Origin: Andalucia godoyi And28
Lineage: Eukaryota > Protista > Jakobida
Assembly (NCBI GenBank): GCA_009859145.1
Contig: VRVR01000014.1
Span: 68,222-125,987 of the forward strand
Reading direction: 5' to 3'
DNA: 57,766 nucleotides
Positions 49,601-57,766 of this stretch are shown piece by piece. The notes below the pieces were generated by a model. It saw only the letters and a program-made list of their open reading frames with translations. It was not told where the DNA came from and searched no databases. Position 1 is the first letter of the stretch. Each line of letters opens with the position of its first letter. Position numbers and translations under genes: made by a program.

Positions 49601-50713
49601 ATGACGGACATAACGTTAATATCGTACGCAAATGTTGATCAAGGCACCATCAACCAAGTGAACCAGGTAAAGCGGTCTTTGGGAACGAATGCGGTAGCAG
49701 TGGCGGTGATGCCGGATGCGCACCAGGGCGACGAGATTCCGAACGGGGTGGTATTTGAAACACGAGTGCCCGTCCCCCGGCTTGTGGGAACTGATATCGG
49801 TTGCGGAGTGTCGCTGTTCGACGCTTCTTTCATGACAGAACAGGCGCTGGCGCAAGTCAAGGCAGAAGATGCACATGCGTTCACAAGCAGATTTCAGCAG
49901 GTACGAATTCCCGCGGATTTCAGCAAAGATCTGCCCTTTTCGGAAGAGCTCGGGAGTCTCGGTGGTGGAAATCACTTTGCAGAGATTGTGCGAGTGGAGT
50001 CGGTGGTGGACACAAAGCTGGCAGAACAAATCCATCCAGGGATGCTTCTGATGATGATCCACAGCGGCTCGAGAGGGTACGGCGCACATGCAAGCAAGGT
50101 GCCTCTCGCTCGGTACATGGAGAATCAGGACGCCGTCGTCGACTGGGCAAAATTAAATCGGCAGCTTGTTGCATATCGATTCAAGCACGCACTGACTGTG
50201 GAGCCGCTTCCACAGCCCCACACGCACGAGGTCCCTGAAATCCTGTTGAACGTATCGCACAACTGGGTCGAGCAGACGACGGCAAGCACCTTTGTTCACA
50301 GAAAAGGAGCCGTCTCCACGACCACTAGCAAGTGGGACTCTGCATGCTGGGTGCACAACGGCAAGAAGCTGATGGTCCTGCCGGGATCCCGTGGGTCTGC
50401 ATCCTTTCTGCTAACCGCCGTCGACAATCCAGAAGTTCACAACGCTTGCTTGAACTCGATTGCTCATGGAGCAGGGCGAAAACTGAAGAGATCGGACTGC
50501 AAAGCGCTCTTCACTGACTCCAAGTACAAGCAAAGCTCCATCGAGCTGGATGACGGAACCACCGCGACGGTCTGCTGCGCCAATGAAAACCTGAAAGTGC
50601 AGGAGCATCCAGATGCATACAAGGATGTGACTGCCGTCGTCGAAGACTTGGTAACGTTTGGTTGTGTCAATGTAGCAGCGGTTCTCCGTCCTGTTTTTAC
50701 CTACAAGGATTAG
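49601..50713 (+). CDS. rtcB2: RtcB-family 3'-phosphate RNA ligase, short bacterial RtcB2 (release factor H-coupled) type
   Basis: MPDAHQG, VGTDIGCG, LGSLGGGNHFAE, IHSGSRGYG, SHNWV, VHRKGA, LPGSRG, SIAHGAGR, HPDAYKD and LRPVFTYKD. Intronless, 370 aa. Confidence 0.88.
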   Translation: MTDITLISYANVDQGTINQVNQVKRSLGTNAVAVAVMPDAHQGDEIPNGVVFETRVPVPRLVGTDIGCGVSLFDASFMTEQALAQVKAEDAHAFTSRFQQVRIPADFSKDLPFSEELGSLGGGNHFAEIVRVESVVDTKLAEQIHPGMLLMMIHSGSRGYGAHASKVPLARYMENQDAVVDWAKLNRQLVAYRFKHALTVEPLPQPHTHEVPEILLNVSHNWVEQTTASTFVHRKGAVSTTTSKWDSACWVHNGKKLMVLPGSRGSASFLLTAVDNPEVHNACLNSIAHGAGRKLKRSDCKALFTDSKYKQSSIELDDGTTATVCCANENLKVQEHPDAYKDVTAVVEDLVTFGCVNVAAVLRPVFTYKD

Positions 50714-50880
50714 TGCTTGCACAATAATTGTTTTTCCTTGCGGTCGCGGACGTTGATGATTTTTTGTTGGCTGCAACCATACTGCAATAGAAGACAGACG
50801 CCAAATTTCCCCCAGCATTGCGTTTTGCAGAAAGACCAAGAAAGATGGGAAGACGGGAAAAGGAAACACAACCAGAAGTT

Positions 50881-53800
50881 TCAAAAGAAAGGGGGTGGGA
50901 ACCAGATTCCGGACGCATTTGGATGAAAAGCACAGCAACGGCGATACTGCAATGCCTCCGCCATCGACACCGGCTGCTTGCTGGTCAGCCAAAGTATGCT
51001 CCCCACAATCTCCTGCCCGGAAATGGCAGAGTGCTTTGCGAACCCATCCCATGTTCTGCCAGGAACAGAACATCCAGCTGTTTTCACGACGTTCCGGCGT
51101 CGGCGCAGGTGCAGCACTTTTAACAATTCTGGGGATTTTGCGGCTTCCAAAACCCCTCCGATTGCCACCTTGTACTCCTCTGTAATGCTTCCACATTGCG
51201 CCATCGAACGTAAACAAACAAGACCTTCTGGATTTCCAGCGTAGAGCAAAGCCCGCGCCTCCAGAAAAGCAACTTCAGACAGAGAAATCGGAAAATCCAA
51301 GATTGCAGGAACAGGAAACGTGGACAAGAACGCACTGAGATGTGTAAAATCTGCGCTGCTGTGCGGATCACTTCCGCAGCCATGAAACAGACACTGTCGA
51401 AACGCAGCCGACAAGAAAGCGCAAATCTCCCACCATCCCATCTGAGAAGCCTTCACCGCACCCAGAAAATACGAGTAGCACAAAAGCCGTGCTCGCAGAG
51501 GCGGATCGATGGCGGTAAGATCCAAATTGTCCAGAAACACTGCATACTTTCCAACCTCCGTAATGTCTGGAACAAAAATGCCATCGGACGATTTCAAGAA
51601 CCCAGAGAACAGCTGGGTGATTTTTTGGTCGATGAGTACACCTGCGTCCGTGAATTGCCTGCCTAGCATCAGACATCGGACGCGGTCCATAGTGCGCGTC
51701 GCACTGCGTTCTTCATCGAGGTAGTTTCCAGACGAACGCAGGCCAAACGAGCGATATACTTCCCAAATCGCTGACGGATCTTCCGGGACCGTGGATCCTG
51801 GCGCAATTGTGGTGTACCGCACGCACATGAACTCGGTCAAGAAACGACCGTTTGGGACTGTATCATGAAGCGCATATGCTGTGACGTACAAATTCAGCAT
51901 CAAACATCTTGCAGAGATATCCTGAATGAGGCGTAGAGGATACGATCCCTTTCGCAGAGTGCAGTTTGCGACGGCCCACGAAAGAAACAGCTCGTTTGCG
52001 TTGTGTAAAAGCTCAGTCGCGCCATGAACGTCATCAACTGACAACCGATAGCTTGCCGCCCAAATTGGTTGATAGCGATGCTTTTCAAAATCGGATGAGT
52101 CTGTAACAACCGATAGCACAAGCGGAGAAATCGAGTCATAGGACTTTTCAATGACAGCAGCTGGAATGCTATTCAGGGAGGCCTCTCGTTTCAGCGAGGA
52201 AGAATTTGGAGCTTCCACAGCATCCACGACTTTCGGAGACGAAATGTCACTCGTCGCAGAAGAGTCGAAGCTTGGCCCGGCAGCAGAAGAAGACGGGGAA
52301 TTTTGACCTTGGGCTGCTGCAAACGGAAATCGGCCAAGCATATCGCTCACAGAAATGGTAAAAGCATCGTCGAAATCACCTCGCTGACGAAGAAGCGACA
52401 CTGCCTGCGGAACATGTCCAGACGCAGCCAAGAACAAGGAGGGATCAAACGGCTCTTGGTGCGTAGGATGCTCGAGCACATACTCGGCGTATCTACGCAT
52501 CAGATCAGACCACAGTTGCATAGAATGTCCTGGAGCGATCATCAAGGCAGAATGCCAGTCTCCACATTCGATGCAGATTTTGCAAAACTCCGGAATGTTT
52601 CCCGCACACAAAAACATTTTTGCCGCGGCTCGAAGTCTTGTTTCTCGCTTCCGATCTGCCAGAGAAACCTTCAAGGATCGAGACAAAACGCTACTGAGGA
52701 CATTCTTCTGCTGCACCAGCTCACGGCCCCTCGCTTCCAGCGTCGGACCGACTTCATTGACGTGCAGCACTTCTGCTTTTGAACTCCTTGCGATGCGAGA
52801 CGTGGTCGACTCCAACAACTCCATCAAATCACGTGTTCCAAATGGAAGATCGAAAAACTCGAGAATTGTCTTGAATTTTGTGGCAAGATTCGAATCCGTC
52901 CCTGCGGAAGTCTTGAGGGTCTTAATCAGATCAAGAGAATTCGAGCCCGACATCTTCATCTGGGGAGGTACAACATCACCAAGGATGTTCATGTCGCTCG
53001 AAATGCCATTGAATACCGTTCGTTGGGTGCTCGTGAACATCGCCACAAGATCAGCTTCCGATTTGATCGGGAACATCGTAGACAAACCAAACTTGAGAGC
53101 CTCTGCCATAGCAGAAAGTTGAAAAAACCGCGTTGTCGTATCCCGCGACGTGGATGCAAACACGAACGGTCGTTTGGCATGCGAATCCAGCCCGTAAACA
53201 TCAGAATGGTGCTCGTGAGTCATTGACACGCATTTCCGATCCGCAACGTTCCAGCAGCGGATAGTTCCATCCCAGGAGCCAGAGAGCAATATCCACGGAA
53301 TCTCATGATGCCAGCAGAGTGCCCTCACGTTGTCAACATGTCCAACTAGACACACGCAACTGCCATCTGCAACATTCCACACCCGAACTGAGTGGTCGTT
53401 GGAGCCGGAAACCAAAACGCCTGGAACCAACGGATGGTACTCCACGTTGTAAACAGCATCCGTATGTCCACGCAGCTCTCGAACTGCAGAATCTGTCTGC
53501 GCGTTGATGTCGTAGATCCTCACCACGCCGTCAAAACAACCCACGGCAATAATGTCTCGCTGATGAAAGTTCCACGCAATTCCAAAACAAGGACGCGCGT
53601 GAGTATATCGCCGCACCAGAGTGCCATTTTCTCGGAAGACGCAGCATGTGCCATCTTTGGAACAGCTTGCCAGCAGGTTGTACGAAGCATTCGGATGAGG
53701 ATCCCATTCGACGCGAAACACGGCGTCCTTGTGGACAGCATGCCTCCCAACCTGGGTACCTTTCACAGCATCCCAGATGATAACGTCATTGGTGGACAGC

Positions 53801-55298
53801 GCGCCGGCGACGAGAGGCTTGCCTCGGCACCAGCTAACACTGTAAATAACGGCCTTCACTCGGACGAACTCCAGGACGAGTTCCATTGAAGCGATGTCCC
53901 ACATCTTCACCGACCCATCGTACGAGCTTGTCAGCAGGGTATCGGGGTTCGAGGGACTAAATCTGCAATCAAAAATAGTTTCGGTATGCCCAGCTTCCGA
54001 GCGATAATCGTACCGTCTGCGACGTGTGTTGTACAAACCGATGGACCCGTCGGAGAACGTGCACAGCATACTGTTATGCTTGTCGTCATAGACAGTGTTC
54101 TGAAAGGCAGAATTGGCGAGCTTGAACGCATCAATGGCGCTCTTTTGCGATACATTCCAGTACCGCAAAACGCCGGTCCGCTTGTCGGCTGAGAAGAAAT
54201 TACCCGGCTCACTGGGAATCCATGCAAGAGACTGAATTCCACCGGCAATCCTTTCAAAATGCTTGATCTCAGACCCGGAAGAGATATCAAAGAGAACGAC
54301 GTGGCCCGAGCTGAACGCAATGAGGATGTACGTGTCCGACAAAGGATCCCACTGGATATCCTCCACCTTGCAATTGCCAGAATCCACATCTGTTCGAGAG
54401 TCGAGCACTGCAGATCGAAACAGCGTTCCTCTCTTCAAAATCGACGAATCCATCGTAACGACGGAGCCGTCTTCGAAGCCTCCAGCAAGCAAGTTCTGCC
54501 TTCTGGGATGCCATCGCAGAACTCGCAGCGGTGCATCGATATCAAAATTCGCGGCCCCAAACATGCGAGTAGGATAGTCCCAGATTCTTATCACGCCCTT
54601 CACAGACGCAGATGCAAAGCAGGAAGGATGAAACGGGTTCCACTCCAGCACAACAGGATCGTGCAGTTCGGTGCTCATGTCCCCAATCTGCAGACCCGTA
54701 TCCAAGTTCCATACTCGAATTGTCTTGTCATGTGCACACGTCGCAACTATGTTCGGGCTCATTGTGCACCATGTAAGACTAGTAATGTTCTTATGATGCG
54801 CATGAATCACCCTTTCCAGTTGAAATGTATCCAACGAGTACACATAGATTGCAAGAGAGGAACAATAGGCAAATCGGCCTCCTCCAAATCCGCACACACT
54901 CTTGTTCCAAATTTGACATCCAGCAGGAATTATATGCTACACATGGCATTGAGAAAAAAAGAAGCAGAGCAAGGCAAGACACGACAGAAGAAGACGAAAA
55001 ATACACGAAAACAACAACAACAACAATAATAATAATAATAATCATTATCATCATCATCCACGATTAGCACTCTGTGGTTTGGCAACATGCATCTCAAGGC
55101 GCGACGAACAATCTTTAATTCCGTAAAGTAGGGAAGAAGAAAACAACCAATAAACACAAAAGAAGAAAGGAGGAAAATCGCACATACAAGTTGTTTCTAT
55201 GACACACGAAAAAAATAATAATAAAGTAAAATAAAATTAGCACACTCGAAGATGCGATGGAAATGAATTTAAAAAAGCCAGAAATACGTCCATACCAT
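50881..55298 (-). CDS. WDR17: WD repeat-containing protein 17; 3 coding exons (55298-55296, 55196-55188, 54936-50881)
   Basis: GHTETIFDCRFSP.NPD.L.TSSYDGSVKMWD and RFAYCSSLAIYVY match WDR17. The spliced N-terminus MKQLHIIPAGCQIWNKSVC matches the conserved KQ...AGCQxWN start. About 1355 aa. Confidence 0.9.
54937..55187 (-). other. WDR17 intron 2 (251 nt, phase 0)
   Basis: Minus-strand GTATGT donor at 55187 and GTGTAG acceptor ending at 54937. The in-frame TAG at the acceptor closes the long ORF upstream, so splicing is required. Confidence 0.8.
55197..55295 (-). other. WDR17 intron 1 (99 nt, phase 0) directly after the start codon
   Basis: Minus strand reads ATG|GTATGG...CATAG|AAACAACTT. Confidence 0.7.
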
Positions 55299-55704
55299 AT
55301 GCAAAACCAAACAAACAAAAATATAAAAACGTTTGTGAAATGAAAGAAATGTACACCGTAGTATGCCAGGATAACAATAGCAATAGCAATAATAATAATA
55401 ACAACAGCAGCAGCAACAACAAACAAAAAAAAAAGGAGAGAAGGAAAGATGAAGGAGAAGGAAACAGACGATGCAGGAAATAAAACAGCAAGATTCGTGG
55501 CGCTGGAAACGAAACGAAATAACGAAAGGAGCGCCGTCGGTTCGACTACAGCAGGCTTATTAACGAACACCCTTTTCCTTCTCCGTCACGCAGATGACGG
55601 GAAGAACGACAGAGCAACGGCAAATGTCGATCACACGAGCTTCTTTGTCGGTTCAGCGCACTTCATAAATTGAAATATGAACTGTGTAGGGACAAGTCGG
55701 AAGA

Positions 55705-57591
55705 TCACATCTTGAACTTCTTTTTTGTCAAGCCGCTTGCAAATGCTGAGGAAATCTTGAGAACCTTGTCGTACAGACTTGAGGACGACGGTACTGGAAT
55801 GGAGCCGAAAGAAGGATTTGCAGCAGAATGAGAAATCCTGTCGGTAGCATCTGCATATTCTGACAGATCAATGACTTGCACTGGCTCCAATGGAGACGGC
55901 AGCGGCTGCACAAGGAAATTGCGCTCGCCAACAGTCTGATCAAACTCATCGTGTGTGCGTTTTCGAGAAGCAAGTATTGCTTTAGCAACACGTTCTCTAT
56001 CAGATACGAGTGGTGCAATCCAGTCGGCAGAAGCCTTCGCAGTTGAAGACACAAGAGCTCCGAAGACGCCGGAGGATGCGGGGCAAGGGATATTTCGATT
56101 GTCTGAAAGGTGCGGCGACGGATGCGAGGCTCGTGGCGGAACAGGGTGCTCGGAAAATCGTCGGCATTGGCCATAGAATTGCTGCACAACGGCGCTGCAT
56201 CGGATGCTCTTTGCATCGAACCGTTCCAAGAAGAGCCCTTCCAAAGTTCGAACGCGGCTCAGCGCCACGTACGCCATGCCACACTCGAAGATCTCGCGTC
56301 CAATGGATACGAAGAGACGATCCAGCGTCATCCCTTGGCCCTTGTGAATCGAAATTGCCCATCCGAGAATGAGGGGAGTCTGGGAACAGCACAAGCGAAC
56401 ACCCAGTCGATGGTCTTCGCGGTCCCAAGTGGAGCGAGACACTTCAATTTCCTGCACAGACACCTGCCCATCTGGCCCAACTGGCGAAAACGCCACGATG
56501 GGACCGCCGCTGGGCGAGAAGCCAACAACAGTCCCGGCAGAACCATTCCAAACTCCTTGCTCTCGATAGTCATTGCACACCATCAGGACGTATGCGCCAA
56601 TGCAAAGCTGCAGCTCTTGTTCGATGGGGGAGTCCTCTGCCAGCTTGGACAAGGCTTGCTGCTCTTCCGCTGAGCAAGAACTAAAGACCCTTCCGTCGAT
56701 TGTCAGCTCCGCCAAGAACTTTTCGATCCTATGTCCCGTTCGATCGGCTACTTCATTCAGTTTACGAAAGTTCACGTCGGCAACTTGCCGTCGAAGCGGA
56801 AACATTTTTGTCATCTGATTCAGAGCCTCGCTGGAAGGACGAGCGGAAGCACGAGTTTCAAACAGCGCAACTGTGGAGGCCGAAGGAACTCCTTGTCGGA
56901 TCTCCTCCAAAGCCTGGATAAAGTTCCGATCCGTCTGTCTTTGCACCTTTCGCAGTTCGACAAACTGAAAATCGCAATGCTCCCATGATGCAGTTTCAAA
57001 TACAAACGCGTGGCGAATGCCATCTGCCGGTCGACCGTATAATTCCCGTGTCTGATTTCGATACCCGACTTCTGTCCCAGTCAGGCTTGCCACTTCCCAG
57101 AACGTGGAGACATAGGAGTCTGGAACTGGGGGAAGCTGAAAAAAGTCTCCACACACCACCAGCTGCATTCCACCAAACGGCAAATTGGAGGGCGCTCCTT
57201 TTGTCCCGCGGACGTTTCTCAACACAATGTCACACAAGCAGAAAAACAGCGGATCTGCCATTGAGATTTCATCAATAACCAGAACATCCGTGTACAATAG
57301 CCTCTTTGCAGTTCGTCTGTACCGCGCTTTCTCCAGCAGTTTCCCAATTGGTTCTCTCGCCAGTCCAAGTCCCATGAAAGAGTGGAAAGTGGATGCTTTT
57401 GGAAGGTGTGTTGATGCGATCCCAGTCGTTGCCGTCACCGCCACAACCCGCCGACTTTCCACAAGCCGTGAAATAATCGTATGAAGCACAAAGGACTTGC
57501 CAACACCACCCGGTCCAGTCAGAAACACATTCCGCCCCATCAACACTGCATTCACTGCCCGCTGCTGCTCATCCGTCAGTGCTCCCCGCAT
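55705..57591 (-). CDS. PIF1: Pif1-family 5'-3' DNA helicase
   Basis: LTDEQ...VFLTGPGGVGKS, TATTGIA, STFHSFMGLG, LVIDEISM, PFGGMQLVVCGDFFQLPPV, QRQTD..FI.AL.EIR.G and WAISIHKGQGMTL...AYVALSRV. Confidence 0.95.
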   Translation of the reverse strand: MRGALTDEQQRAVNAVLMGRNVFLTGPGGVGKSFVLHTIISRLVESRRVVAVTATTGIASTHLPKASTFHSFMGLGLAREPIGKLLEKARYRRTAKRLLYTDVLVIDEISMADPLFFCLCDIVLRNVRGTKGAPSNLPFGGMQLVVCGDFFQLPPVPDSYVSTFWEVASLTGTEVGYRNQTRELYGRPADGIRHAFVFETASWEHCDFQFVELRKVQRQTDRNFIQALEEIRQGVPSASTVALFETRASARPSSEALNQMTKMFPLRRQVADVNFRKLNEVADRTGHRIEKFLAELTIDGRVFSSCSAEEQQALSKLAEDSPIEQELQLCIGAYVLMVCNDYREQGVWNGSAGTVVGFSPSGGPIVAFSPVGPDGQVSVQEIEVSRSTWDREDHRLGVRLCCSQTPLILGWAISIHKGQGMTLDRLFVSIGREIFECGMAYVALSRVRTLEGLFLERFDAKSIRCSAVVQQFYGQCRRFSEHPVPPRASHPSPHLSDNRNIPCPASSGVFGALVSSTAKASADWIAPLVSDRERVAKAILASRKRTHDEFDQTVGERNFLVQPLPSPLEPVQVIDLSEYADATDRISHSAANPSFGSIPVPSSSSLYDKVLKISSAFASGLTKKKFKM

Positions 57592-57766
57592 TCGGAAAAA
57601 AATAATGTTACGCAGACGCAGACCGGCGAAAAATGAAATAATCAGATGAGCAACTCAATCAATCTGTTAAATAAATTGTAAAAAAACAAAAGAGTCCACC
57701 GTTTCTCACAAAGGCGAAAGCAACATGCATGAACGGACGTAAATAAAAAACCCAAGCAAAAGGCAC

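Noticed and set aside
291-57484. The many 60-290 aa ORFs overlapping or antisense to the assigned genes
   Set aside because: They are shadow ORFs of codon-biased genes and show no family motifs.
32734-57591. TDP1, RtcB2 and PIF1 as a 3'-phosphate nucleic-acid repair cluster
   Set aside because: They are spread over 25 kb with many unrelated genes between them. TDP1 and PIF1 are ordinary eukaryotic housekeeping genes.
1-57766. tRNA, rRNA, snRNA, CRISPR arrays, transposases, telomeric repeats, alternative genetic code
   Set aside because: I found no tRNA cloverleaf with a T-loop context, no snRNA signature (U1, U2, U5 or U6 motifs), no repeat-spacer array and no transposase/RT motifs. Long conserved genes read through without internal stops, and all three stop codons terminate genes.

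Overview
This is a gene-dense, intron-poor eukaryotic nuclear segment (about one gene per 1.8 kb) using the standard code: TAA, TAG and TGA all act as stops. Ciliary genes (CCDC42/CFAP73-like, Pierce/FAP182-like, WDR17) point to a flagellated protist; I cannot identify the species from sequence alone. About 30 protein genes are supported, mostly core eukaryotic: RPL18A, BAP31-like, NCAPG2, URB2, ARP4, POP5, EEF1AKMT1, RFK, TVP38/TMEM64, TDP1, a MAPK, calpain-7-like, WDR17 and PIF1. They are separated by AT-rich, microsatellite-laden spacers. I reconstructed five spliceosomal introns by hand, all with GTATG(T/C/G) donors; two of them flank a 9-nt micro-exon in WDR17 that follows an ATG-only first coding exon. 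The most unusual content is a set of bacterial-type genes embedded among eukaryotic ones: TsaE, head-to-head with a GalU-type nucleotidyltransferase that has gained an intron, and a short RtcB2-type (PrfH-coupled) RNA ligase with no PrfH partner in the window. Also notable are a candidate insect Or/Gr-superfamily (7TMIC/GRL) receptor-channel, a calpain-7 with a UBA-like instead of MIT N-terminus, a TMY-motif MAPK, an Arl8-related GTPase with a Gly2, and several orphan proteins with recognisable motifs. I found no tRNA, rRNA, CRISPR array or transposase. All family calls come from motifs I recognised by eye, not from database searches.
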